Source: a virus (lineage: Duplodnaviria; Caudoviricetes). From it: a stretch of 34,663 nucleotides of DNA. Location: IMG/VR virus record IMGVR_UViG_3300049982_000048, positions 1 to 34,663 of that record. The stretch is one strand, 5' to 3'. Positions 9,134 through 17,720 of this stretch are shown piece after piece. The notes below the pieces were generated by a model. That model made no database searches. It was not told the origin of the DNA and worked only from the letters and a program-made list of their open reading frames with translations. The position numbers were made by a program, and so were the translations under genes. Position 1 is the stretch's first letter; each line of letters starts with the position of its first letter.

Positions 9134-9477
9134 CGACAGCATCACTACTCGACAATTTGGCACTAGAAGACGTTATGACGGTCGGCAAATGGAAGGGCAA
9201 GACCGTCGAAACGATCTATAAGGAAGACTCTGGCTATCTGGTGTGGTTCCGCGAGGAGCGCCGCACCAAGAACGGCCAGAACACCATGTTCAACCTGGAG
9301 ATTAATACCCTCCTGGACATGACGATCAAGGAATCGAAATCGCTGCGCTCGAAGTATAAGACATGGGAGGCGCTCGGCTTGCTGACACCGCAGGCGTTGG
9401 CGCCGACGACACCCGCCATGCCACCCGAGCCGGTGTTGGAGCCGGCTGTTGACTATTCCGGATGGGGAGCGTTCTGA
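9130..9477 (+). CDS. DUF3820 / ExoX C-terminal-like domain protein with a Pro-rich tail ending YSGWGAF
   Basis: MTVGKWKGKTV...DSGYLVW matches the MxFGKxKG...YLxW pattern. Confidence 0.6.
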   Translation: MTTASLLDNLALEDVMTVGKWKGKTVETIYKEDSGYLVWFREERRTKNGQNTMFNLEINTLLDMTIKESKSLRSKYKTWEALGLLTPQALAPTTPAMPPEPVLEPAVDYSGWGAF

Positions 9478-9704
9478 TGGGTCGCGACTGGCCCTATCGA
9501 CCGCGCTTTTCGCTGCTGTGCTTCTTGTTCGGCCACAAGAGCCGCGAAGGCGCCCACGGCGGTGGCGAATACATGAAGGTCAGGCGCGGCGCCGTCGATG
9601 GCCTGGGTGTGGCGCACTGCACGTTGCTGGCGCGCTGCCCACGCTGCGACACGCAATATGTCGCCGGCAAGATCCACCTGCGCGAGAACCGTCATGCCGG
9701 CTAA
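9477..9704 (+). CDS. Small putative Zn-binding phage protein (DUF1660-like)
   Basis: LLCFLFGHK and CPRC; TGATG overlap with the upstream stop. Confidence 0.55.
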   Translation: MGRDWPYRPRFSLLCFLFGHKSREGAHGGGEYMKVRRGAVDGLGVAHCTLLARCPRCDTQYVAGKIHLRENRHAG

Positions 9705-10065
9705 TCGCAAACCGCACACCGTCAACGGGCGCTTCTTTGGCGTCTGGTATGAAACCGCGGCGGGCAAGCGCATGTATCTCGCGCACCGCAAGGCGGAAGA
9801 CGTGTATCGATTGCGGCATGCTTGGTGCATTGACGTTGCCACATTAGAACGCGCGCGCTCGGACGGTGTTTATGCGATAGGGGTGGTGCGCCGATCCGGC
9901 AAAGACCGCCTTGTCTGGTTGACCCATGTGGATGACTTCTTTGACAGTCCGCATTCCTTTTCTCACTTCGGCACGTCGCGTCAGCGTGGCTTGCCGTTGT
10001 CGCGGTTTCGCATCGATCCCGCGAAAAGTGCCAAGTTTATTGAAAGTGCCGTCAAAATGCGGTAA
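9694..10065 (+). CDS. Hypothetical protein (MPANRKPH...)
   Basis: In-frame ATG at 9694 overlaps the upstream gene end; fills the gap in the operon. Confidence 0.65.
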   Translation: MPANRKPHTVNGRFFGVWYETAAGKRMYLAHRKAEDVYRLRHAWCIDVATLERARSDGVYAIGVVRRSGKDRLVWLTHVDDFFDSPHSFSHFGTSRQRGLPLSRFRIDPAKSAKFIESAVKMR

Positions 10066-10073
10066 ATTGCCGC

Positions 10074-10101
10074 ACTCACTCCTGACTGAACTTCGTATCA
10101 T
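10074..10101 (+). promoter_or_regulatory. Operator ACTCA-CTCC-TGACT, 8-bp spacer, -10 TATCAT
   Basis: Same geometry at 20590-20617. Confidence 0.7.
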
Positions 10102-10134
10102 TGAAGCATAAGAACAGTCAAGAAAGGACGACTC

Positions 10135-10509
10135 ATGATTTTAGCGACCGCAATGATGTGTTTAGCATTGAATATTTACCACGAGGCCCGCGGCGAGACG
10201 CTCGCCGGCCAGCAAGCGGTGGCGCTGGTGACTATGAACCGCGCCGACTGGCAACCGAAGCGAGTCTGCCGGGAAGTGTATAAGCCAGCGCAGTTCTCCT
10301 GGACCACCGAAGCGCATGGCAAGCCAACCGACCGAGCGGCGTGGCTTCAGGCGAAGCAGGTAGCGATGGACGCCCTGACCGGGCGCCTGGTCGACTTCAC
10401 CGGAGGGGCCGACCACTACCACACGAAGCAAGTCAAGCCGCGGTGGAACTGGAAGAAGTTGAAATATGTGATGACGTTAGGTGCTCATCGTTTTTATCGC
10501 CTCGCGTGA
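10135..10509 (+). CDS. SleB-like cell wall hydrolase (Hydrolase_2)
   Basis: CLALNIYHEARGE, VALVTMNR, QFSW, GADHYH, GAHRFY. Confidence 0.92.
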   Translation: MILATAMMCLALNIYHEARGETLAGQQAVALVTMNRADWQPKRVCREVYKPAQFSWTTEAHGKPTDRAAWLQAKQVAMDALTGRLVDFTGGADHYHTKQVKPRWNWKKLKYVMTLGAHRFYRLA

Positions 10510-10511
10510 TC

Positions 10512-10531
10512 AGTCATTACTGAGCTATAAT
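10512..10531 (+). promoter_or_regulatory. Operator AGTCA-TTAC-TGAGC abutting TATAAT (sbcD operon promoter)
   Basis: Repeated motif family. Confidence 0.8.
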
Positions 10532-10552
10532 TAGCGAAACTAGGGAGAAAGT

Positions 10553-11608
10553 ATGAAGCCATTTGGAGTGATCTCAGATACCCACAATCACGGATGGTCC
10601 GCGTTCGCAACCGTCCTGCCAAGTGGGGTGAACAGCCGCCTGGACGGTATTTTGCGCGAGACGAAGCGCTGCGCTGCTGAAGTCAAGGCGGCCGGCGGCG
10701 ACACTATGTATCACGGCGGTGACTTGTTCCACGTGCGCGGTTCCATCGCGCCATCGGTCCTGGTGCCGACGCTCGACACCTACAAGGAAATCAACGACTC
10801 CGGCGTGCAGGTCATCATTAACGCCGGCAACCACGACCTCGAAGGCAAAGAGGCGGCCCGCATCTCGTCGGCGATCACCGCGCTTGAGAGCGTCGGCTGC
10901 GTTGTGATCAATACGCCGCGCGACGGTGGCGACATTATGATTGTCCCTTGGATCCCCGACCTGGCCCGCTTGAAGGAGGTGATCGAAAACACTATCCCCG
11001 CTGGAGAGCGCCCCTACCGCGACCTCTTGCTGCATGCGCCGATCGATGGCGTCATCCCCGGTCTGCCGGATCATGGGTTGACCGACACCTACCTGGCGTC
11101 ACTCGGCTTTCGCCGCGTGTTCTCAGGCCATTACCACCACCACAAGGATTTTGGCAATGGCGTCTGGTCGATCGGCAGTCTGACCCCGCAGACATGGAGC
11201 GACGTCAATGTCAAGTCGGGCTTTCTGATCGTTGATGATGACGGCGTTCACTGGCGCGCATCCCGCGAGCCGTCATTCGTCGAAATCAACGGCGCGACCG
11301 ACCCGGACGAAATCCCGTTGATCGTCGACGGCAACTATGCGCGGGTGACCATCAACAGCACCAAGAGCGCCGACGTGGAATCCATGCGTCAGTTCTTGAT
11401 GGACAGTGGCGCCAAAGGCGTCATCGTGCTGCAAGACACAAAGGCAGCCCCGATCACAGCTCGCACCGGCGGCGTGTCGCTGAAGGCCGGTGCGACCCTG
11501 GAGGCATCAATCGGCGACTTCATCACCGCACAGGCGTTCAAGCGACCGTCCGATCTGGCGAAGCTGTGCGGCGAGATCCTGTCGGGCGTGCGGAGCGTGG
11601 CGGCGTGA
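10553..11608 (+). CDS. sbcD: SbcD/Mre11-like metallophosphoesterase nuclease
   Basis: ISDTH, GGDLFH, AGNHD, SGHYH; SbcC-like partner downstream. Confidence 0.88.
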   Translation: MKPFGVISDTHNHGWSAFATVLPSGVNSRLDGILRETKRCAAEVKAAGGDTMYHGGDLFHVRGSIAPSVLVPTLDTYKEINDSGVQVIINAGNHDLEGKEAARISSAITALESVGCVVINTPRDGGDIMIVPWIPDLARLKEVIENTIPAGERPYRDLLLHAPIDGVIPGLPDHGLTDTYLASLGFRRVFSGHYHHHKDFGNGVWSIGSLTPQTWSDVNVKSGFLIVDDDGVHWRASREPSFVEINGATDPDEIPLIVDGNYARVTINSTKSADVESMRQFLMDSGAKGVIVLQDTKAAPITARTGGVSLKAGATLEASIGDFITAQAFKRPSDLAKLCGEILSGVRSVAA

Positions 11609-11877
11609 CGGCGGTCGTCAACAAGCGCCGCGAGCCGTTCGATGTGTATATCGGGCGCGGTTCCGAGTTCGGCAATCCGTTTGTGATCGGGCCGCACGGG
11701 AGCCGGCAGGATGTGATCGAGGCGTATCGGCTGCATTTTCGTCAAAAGCTGCGTAGCGATCCGGCGTTCCATGACCGGGTGATGGCGCTGGAAGGGAAGC
11801 GGCTCGGCTGCTTTTGCAAACCACTCGCCTGTCATGGCGACGTAATCAAGAAATATATTGAAAGGGGAACGATATGA
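11605..11877 (+). CDS. DUF4326 domain protein
   Basis: DVYIGRGSEFGNPF...LEGKRLGCFCKPLACHGDVI; GTGA overlap. Confidence 0.88.
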   Translation: MTAVVNKRREPFDVYIGRGSEFGNPFVIGPHGSRQDVIEAYRLHFRQKLRSDPAFHDRVMALEGKRLGCFCKPLACHGDVIKKYIERGTI

Positions 11878-12137
11878 GTTGGGCACTGATTGCGCATAGC
11901 GCCATCGACAGCGATGTCAGCGGAATCATGGCGGCATCGGCGGATATTGAGGGCCACATTATCGCGGAAGAGACCGGGGTTGACTTGTTCATTTTCCCTG
12001 ACCGTTTCACAGACCCCGGCTTCTTCCTCTGGCGAGGAACGTTGGAGCAGGCATTGACGGGCGATGGCGGCGCCCACACCGAAGTGGCGCCGGAACACCT
12101 GCAACTTTGGATCGAAAAGAATGGAGAGCCGGGATGA
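11874..12137 (+). CDS. Hypothetical acidic protein
   Basis: ATGA overlaps; RBS AAGGGG. Confidence 0.65.
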   Translation: MSWALIAHSAIDSDVSGIMAASADIEGHIIAEETGVDLFIFPDRFTDPGFFLWRGTLEQALTGDGGAHTEVAPEHLQLWIEKNGEPG

Positions 12138-12565
12138 GCGACTTCAAACTTATCGATGCAATTGCTGCCGATCTGCGCGATGCGGGCGCTCCTCTGTCGC
12201 CGCAACAGATGATAGCCCTCAAGGAGTCCCGCAAGAAGGCGATCGTCAAAGCGCGCGAGGAGATCCGCAACGCGGTGCGCTCGGCAATGACCAGCAAAGG
12301 CTTCGGTGCGTCCGAGTTGCGCCAGGCCGCGAAGGATCTGACCCAGGAGGTCGTCAACAACACACTGAAGGAGCGTGACGTGACGACAATGATTGATGTT
12401 GCGGTGACCAAGAAGATCGAGGCTGCGTTCGTGAAGGTCGACATCGTCGCCATCGTTAGAGGCCAGGTTGAAAAAGAAGCGGCTCAACTGGCGCAGCAAT
12501 ACGTGCGCAACAACATCACAGTAAAAGCCGATGGCGGCAAATATCCACATGGAGGAACGTTCTAA
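12134..12565 (+). CDS. Hypothetical helical protein ending YPHGGTF
   Basis: ATGA overlap; RBS GGAG; typical codon usage. Confidence 0.7.
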   Translation: MSDFKLIDAIAADLRDAGAPLSPQQMIALKESRKKAIVKAREEIRNAVRSAMTSKGFGASELRQAAKDLTQEVVNNTLKERDVTTMIDVAVTKKIEAAFVKVDIVAIVRGQVEKEAAQLAQQYVRNNITVKADGGKYPHGGTF

Positions 12566-14517
12566 TGGACATCACATCAATTTCAATCCGTAACTGCTTG
12601 ACCATCGGGCACGCCGACATCGAACTGGACAACCGCGGCTTGCTGCTGGTGCAGGGCGAGAACACCGACGACACCTCCACCAAGTCGAACGGCGCCGGCA
12701 AGTCGTCCTTGCTCGACGCGCTGTGCTGGTGTCTGTATGGTGAGACGGCGCGCGGTGTGAGTGGTGACGACATCGTCAATGAAACCGCCAAAAAAGACTG
12801 CTCGGTGATCGTGACGCTCAACGACGGTGGCACGCTGTATAAGATCGAGCGCTTTCGTAAGCACTCCAAGTATAAAAACCAGTTGTTCGCTTGGCAACTC
12901 GACCACGGTCTGACCGGCTCTTCGACCGACCTGTCCAAAGGCACCGACAAGGAAACGCAAATCGTGGTCGAAAAGATCATGGGTTGCAGCCTCGACGTGT
13001 TCGTCGGCGCGATCTATGCGGGTCAGGAGAAGATGCCCGACCTGCCAGGCATGACCGACAAGGCGCTGAAGCTGATCGTTGAAGAGGCGGCCGGCGTCGA
13101 GGAGCTGGCGGACGCTTATACCGAAGCGCGCCAGCGGGCCTTGAAGGTTGATGGTGAAGCCAAGGTTGCAGAGGCGAACATGAAGTCGTCCGCTGACGCA
13201 TGGGATCGGGCGAACGCCGACCTGAAGCAGCTTGAAGCCGAGCATGGCGCTTTCGAGACCGGCCGCAAGGATCGCGCAAAGGCTGAGCTGGCGAAGATCA
13301 AACCGATGGAAGAGGGCATTACGGAAGCCCGCACCAAGCTGGCCAGCTACGACAAGCCGACGCTGGAGGAGCGCAAGGGCGAACTGGATGCGGCCCTGGC
13401 TGGTCGTCGCGCGGAAGAGGCAGAGCTTGCTAAGTTGCAGGCGGCAGTGACCGCGGCAGACCGCAAAGTGACGCAATTGCGCACCCAGGCGGGCGGCGAA
13501 AAGAAGCGCATGGAAGCGCAGCAGCAGGAGTTGACCGACATCGACAACCAGATCGGCAAGCCATGCGGCGAGTGCGGCAAGAACTACTGCGAGCACGATC
13601 TGGATGCGGCGCGCGAGGCCCGCAGGAAAAAGATCGAAACCACCAAAGCCGATCTGACCGCGATCGCCAAAGAGTTTCGCGATGCAACGACTGCGTTGTC
13701 CTTTGCGAACGCGAAAGTCAGCGACTTCCAGTCCAAGATGACCGATGTATCGGCGGCGTCGGCAGAACTGTCGGGCATCAATGCCAACCTCGGCACGATC
13801 GCCACGCTTGAGCGGGCCATTGCGCAACTGGAGAAGGACATCAATGCGGTCAAGGTCGTGGCGAAAGCCAAGTTGACTGAGGCGAACCCCTACAGCCATT
13901 CGGTCAAGAACAAGAAGGAAATGATCGAGCGCATCGAGAAGGAGATGCACCTTGCTCAAGACGCGGTGACCACGACCGCCGCGCAGGCAGAGCTTTACAA
14001 CGACGCCGTCAAGGTGTTTGGTCCTGCGGGGGTGCGGGCGCACATTCTCGATACCGTCACGCCATTCTTGAACGAAAAGACCAGTGAGTATCTCGGTGCA
14101 TTGGCCGACGGGAACATTCATGCGCAGTGGTCAACCCTGGCAAAAACCGCGAAGGGCGACTTGAAGGAGAAGTTCAACATCGATGTCACCAATGACAAGG
14201 GTGGCAAGACCTTCAAGGCGCTGTCGGGTGGTGAAAAGCGCAAGGTTCGGATCAGCGCCGCAATGGCCCTGCAAGACATGGTGGCGTCGCGCGCGACCAA
14301 GCCAATCAACCTGTTTATGGCGGACGAGATCGACCATGCGCTGGACGAACCCGGTCTGGAGCGCTTGATGACCGTGCTGGACAGAAAAGCGAAAGAGCGT
14401 GGCACCGTGCTGGTGGTGTCGCATAACAGCCTGTCGGACTGGATCGACTCGGTCATTACCGTTACAAAGGCGGGTGGCATCTCTACCGTGTCGGGCGCAA
14501 CGCATCGTGGTTTCTGA
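12565..14517 (+). CDS. sbcC: SbcC/Rad50-like ATPase
   Basis: Walker A NGAGKSS, coiled coil with Zn hook CGEC, signature LSGGE, Walker B FMADE, VVSH. Confidence 0.93.
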   Translation: MDITSISIRNCLTIGHADIELDNRGLLLVQGENTDDTSTKSNGAGKSSLLDALCWCLYGETARGVSGDDIVNETAKKDCSVIVTLNDGGTLYKIERFRKHSKYKNQLFAWQLDHGLTGSSTDLSKGTDKETQIVVEKIMGCSLDVFVGAIYAGQEKMPDLPGMTDKALKLIVEEAAGVEELADAYTEARQRALKVDGEAKVAEANMKSSADAWDRANADLKQLEAEHGAFETGRKDRAKAELAKIKPMEEGITEARTKLASYDKPTLEERKGELDAALAGRRAEEAELAKLQAAVTAADRKVTQLRTQAGGEKKRMEAQQQELTDIDNQIGKPCGECGKNYCEHDLDAAREARRKKIETTKADLTAIAKEFRDATTALSFANAKVSDFQSKMTDVSAASAELSGINANLGTIATLERAIAQLEKDINAVKVVAKAKLTEANPYSHSVKNKKEMIERIEKEMHLAQDAVTTTAAQAELYNDAVKVFGPAGVRAHILDTVTPFLNEKTSEYLGALADGNIHAQWSTLAKTAKGDLKEKFNIDVTNDKGGKTFKALSGGEKRKVRISAAMALQDMVASRATKPINLFMADEIDHALDEPGLERLMTVLDRKAKERGTVLVVSHNSLSDWIDSVITVTKAGGISTVSGATHRGF

Positions 14518-15574
14518 CGAGCTGCGCCGCAAGGCGCTTCTGCAAAGCTTGGCCGACAACGACAAGCTACCCGAGCGACCAGGCTTTGCCGCAGCAATGA
14601 TGAAGCTGATGGAGACGCCTGGCGCGCGGTCTAGCGATCCGATGTTCAACCGGTTTCCAGCGAAGCTGCCGGAGCCTGGTCGAGTCATCACGATCAGCAC
14701 GCCGCAAGGTGGCGACGGCCTGTTCGACAAGTTCATGCGCGCAGAGAAGCGCGCCATGTCGCACCAGGAGTTCGAGCACCAATACTTGACCACGTGGGGG
14801 CCGGAAGAGAAGCCCTTCGATGAGGAGATGTTGAAGCGCGTGGCTGACAGGCCGGATGACATGATCGACGCCGTCACAGGCGTGCGACGCAGCGCACTCA
14901 CATCGGCCGCCACCACCTCCAACGCCGGCACGTGGTTCACGATAGAGGATCTGGAGCGGTCCAAGCAGATTATGGGTTTGGGCGACGCGGGCAAGATGGT
15001 CGGCGAAGCGGTGCGGCCGCTCACCGACTCGACGAAATTCAAGATCAAGGGCCGTGAGGCGACCGAGGTGTGGATTGATGAATTGTCAACTGACTTTAAG
15101 GATAATCAAACTGATGAGGAAATCATGGGCAAGTTGGATGTGATGAAAGGCGAAACAAAGGCTGCGCTGGAGGCGTTGGCCGCAGAGATGCAGGAGTTTT
15201 TCCAGAAACCCCACGTGGTATCGCTGCTGGCGCCGGAAGCGCTGACGGTGCTGCAAAGCGCCAAAGGTTTTGCGAAGGTGAGCCACATCGGTGGCGAAGA
15301 GTTCGTGCCGGACAAGGTCTACCTTGGCAAGAAGGGCAAGCTGATCGGCACCTTCAAGTCGAAAGACGCGGCGGCCTACCAGCATATGGAGATGCCGATC
15401 GATGACGCGATCAGCAAACTGGATGGCTTTTTCGAGGTGACAGAGCAGGCTTGCGAGGATGGCTATCACGCCCGCATCAAGAGTATCCGCAGCCAGGTTG
15501 CCGCAGAGCGCGAGGCGGAGGGGTTGGCGGAAAAAGCTGACGTGTATGCGAGCATCGGATTCGGATCATGGTAA
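14507..15574 (+). CDS. Hypothetical, probably chimeric protein with terminase-like motif fragments; likely internal start at 15125; ends GFGSW
   Basis: GTG at 14507 overlaps the sbcC end; ITISTPQG, QEFEHQY...W, KGREATEVWIDE; internal GAGGA-N4-ATG. Confidence 0.6.
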   Translation: MVSDELRRKALLQSLADNDKLPERPGFAAAMMKLMETPGARSSDPMFNRFPAKLPEPGRVITISTPQGGDGLFDKFMRAEKRAMSHQEFEHQYLTTWGPEEKPFDEEMLKRVADRPDDMIDAVTGVRRSALTSAATTSNAGTWFTIEDLERSKQIMGLGDAGKMVGEAVRPLTDSTKFKIKGREATEVWIDELSTDFKDNQTDEEIMGKLDVMKGETKAALEALAAEMQEFFQKPHVVSLLAPEALTVLQSAKGFAKVSHIGGEEFVPDKVYLGKKGKLIGTFKSKDAAAYQHMEMPIDDAISKLDGFFEVTEQACEDGYHARIKSIRSQVAAEREAEGLAEKADVYASIGFGSW

Positions 15575-15879
15575 CGCTGATGCCGCTCAACATGAACAGC
15601 CGCGTCGACCAGGAGATGCACGACATCCATATGTTCGGTGGCGGGCCAACGCGCATGGCTGGCAGCCGCAACACCTATGTAACCATCGAGTGCGTGCTGC
15701 CTGAAGGGGAGGGTGGGGGATTCCGTGACGCGATGGCGCGTTTGGCCGACATGGAGGTTGTTCTCAGACCAAGGGTTGCGAAGGGGCCGTCACTCTTTCC
15801 TGACCTCACCGCACCAAAGCCTGAACCCGCGAGTCATACTGAAGATCGACCACAAACAACCGAGGAACACACATGGTAG
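15568..15879 (+). CDS. Hypothetical protein with DLTAP...PQTTEEHTW tail
   Basis: Overlaps both neighbours by 7 nt. Confidence 0.6.
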   Translation: MVTLMPLNMNSRVDQEMHDIHMFGGGPTRMAGSRNTYVTIECVLPEGEGGGFRDAMARLADMEVVLRPRVAKGPSLFPDLTAPKPEPASHTEDRPQTTEEHTW

Positions 15880-16454
15880 AGATCGAAAACATTCCGGTGC
15901 ATCAGCGCATTGAACGGGCCGATATTGCACGAATCCGCGAGGCGTGGATGTTTGCTTCTGGCGCCCACGCCGCAATCGGGCAACTGCGTAAATACACCCA
16001 CGACCCCTACATTGTTCATCCGGAGGAAGTGGCGCTGATCGTGTCCACCGTGCCGCACGTTACCGAGATGATCGAGGCGGCCTACCTGCACGACGTAGTT
16101 GAGGACACCAAGGTGTCGATCGCCGATATCCATGTCAACTTTGGCCCGCTGGTGGCGCATTACGTGTCCGGACTAACTAACGTCGCCAAGCCGGAAGACG
16201 GCAACCGCGCCAAGCGTTTTGAAATCAACTGCCATAAGCTCCAGGCGCAATGTGCGGAGATCCAAACCATCAAGGTGGCAGACCTGATTTCGAATTCAGC
16301 CACGATCTTCTACCACGACCCGAAGTTCGCCGTCACCTACCTGAAGGAAAAGACGACCCTGCTTGGACTGTTGACCAAGGCTGACGAAACGCTGCGCCGT
16401 CGCGCCTACTTGGTAGTTAATGCGCACATCACTCAGATTGGAGAAAAGTCATGA
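15873..16454 (+). CDS. HD-domain hydrolase, Mesh1/SpoT-like small alarmone hydrolase family
   Basis: AH...QLRKY...PYIVHP, AAYLHDVVEDT, IKVADLISN. Confidence 0.88.
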   Translation: MVEIENIPVHQRIERADIARIREAWMFASGAHAAIGQLRKYTHDPYIVHPEEVALIVSTVPHVTEMIEAAYLHDVVEDTKVSIADIHVNFGPLVAHYVSGLTNVAKPEDGNRAKRFEINCHKLQAQCAEIQTIKVADLISNSATIFYHDPKFAVTYLKEKTTLLGLLTKADETLRRRAYLVVNAHITQIGEKS

Positions 16455-17059
16455 AAATGAAAGTTGTTGGGATGGATCCAAGTTTGTCGAATTTCGGGCT
16501 TGCCTTTGCGACGCTCGACCTCGATACCATGACCTTTACGGTGGATGACCTGAAAGTGGTCAAGACCGAACCGGAGCAAGACAAGAAAAAACGCAAGGTA
16601 GTGCGTAAAAACAGCGAAGACCTGGAGCGCGCCAAACTGCTGCACAAGGGTGCGATGGATGCGACGCAGGGCGCCTACATGGCGTTCATCGAGGTGCCGG
16701 TAGGTAGTCAGTCGGCGCGCGCAATGGCGTCCTACGGTGCCTCTATCGCTGTCTGCGCGGCGGTGGCGCTGGCCCTGCCGATGATCCAGGTCACCCCGAC
16801 CGAGGTCAAGATGGCAGGCTTCGGCAAGAAAACCGCGACCAAAGAGGAAATGATCGACGCGATGATGGCGAAGTATCCGAACGCGCCCTGGCCCATGCAG
16901 ACCCAAAAGGGCGTGACCACGGTCGTCGCCGGCAAGGCGGAACATATGGCAGATGCGGTCGCGGCAATCGAGGCTGGCATTGCGACCGACGAGTTCCGGC
17001 ACACGATGGCGATGTTGCGTTCTTCTCCGCTCTTCAAAAAAATGCTCCTTGCTGCCTGA
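16451..17059 (+). CDS. ruvC: RuvC-like Holliday junction resolvase
   Basis: VVGMDPSLSNFG, FIEVP, PTEVK, ATKEEM, EHMADA. Confidence 0.85.
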   Translation: MKMKVVGMDPSLSNFGLAFATLDLDTMTFTVDDLKVVKTEPEQDKKKRKVVRKNSEDLERAKLLHKGAMDATQGAYMAFIEVPVGSQSARAMASYGASIAVCAAVALALPMIQVTPTEVKMAGFGKKTATKEEMIDAMMAKYPNAPWPMQTQKGVTTVVAGKAEHMADAVAAIEAGIATDEFRHTMAMLRSSPLFKKMLLAA

Positions 17060-17066
17060 TCAGATA

Positions 17067-17105
17067 AGTCACTACTGACTATAATACGTTGTGTCAGTAG
17101 TGATT
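17067..17105 (+). promoter_or_regulatory. Promoter with two operators (17067-17080, 17092-17105) flanking TATAAT (17080-17085)
   Basis: AGTCA-CTAC-TGACT and TGTCA-GTAG-TGATT. Confidence 0.8.
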
Positions 17106-17125
17106 AACTTAGGGAGCAGGAGAAA

Positions 17126-17644
17126 ATGGCAATCACAGACCCTCGGGTCAAAATCAGCGCAACAGGATGGCATGAAGGAGATGGGCCGTCCTACAAGGAA
17201 CAGTTCGACGGCGGCGACCGCCTCGATAACAAGCGCCTGGCCATTCAGCACAAGCTCGACTGGCGCGCTAGTATGGAAAAGGACGTAAAGGACGAAGTGA
17301 TCCGGTCCTGCATGCGTCAGCTGGAGCATCAGCTCGAAAAGGCGATGCCGTCCTGTAAGAACTGCGACTCGGCCAAGGTCGACATGTCGGAAGCGAAGGA
17401 TATGTTGCGGGATGAAACGACGTTGCGCTTCCAGGCCCGCTGCGGCGCGTTCGCGCCACACAATCCCGCCTCCAAGTGCTGCCCGAAGCGGCGCACTATT
17501 AAGGCCGAAACCCCGCCAGACGCTTTGCATCACAGTCTGCACCACCGGCTCCATCGCCACCAAGCGCTGGACTTGACCGCGCCGCCACTACCGATCAAAC
17601 CACGCACCCCGGACGAGCCGCAGACAAGCGCGGACGCCTGGTAA
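17126..17644 (+). CDS. Cys/His-rich hypothetical protein (possible Zn binder) with DLTAP...PQTSADAW tail
   Basis: CKNC, RC, KCC, HHSLHHRLHRH; RBS AGGAG. Confidence 0.65.
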   Translation: MAITDPRVKISATGWHEGDGPSYKEQFDGGDRLDNKRLAIQHKLDWRASMEKDVKDEVIRSCMRQLEHQLEKAMPSCKNCDSAKVDMSEAKDMLRDETTLRFQARCGAFAPHNPASKCCPKRRTIKAETPPDALHHSLHHRLHRHQALDLTAPPLPIKPRTPDEPQTSADAW

Positions 17645-17663
17645 TTCTTTAACCCTTATACTC

Positions 17664-17687
17664 AGTCAGCAGTGAGTGACGTATAAT
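17664..17687 (+). promoter_or_regulatory. Operator AGTCA-GCAG-TGAGT with TATAAT at 17682-17687 (nrdJ promoter)
   Basis: Repeated motif family. Confidence 0.75.
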
Positions 17688-17720
17688 TCCAACCCCCGTA
17701 AACTTAACAAGAGGAAGTTC

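Noticed and set aside
10135-10509. Lysis cassette around the cell wall hydrolase
   Set aside because: No adjacent holin or spanin; the gene sits within the replication region.
14507-15574. A functional terminase large subunit
   Set aside because: No Walker A or nuclease domain, motifs out of order, and no packaging genes nearby; kept only as a fragment finding.
17676-17720. GTG start for nrdJ at 17676, and similar upstream starts at 5801, 20150, 23359, 28073
   Set aside because: These extensions run through or just after operator, promoter or terminator elements; downstream starts are better placed and mostly have a clear RBS.
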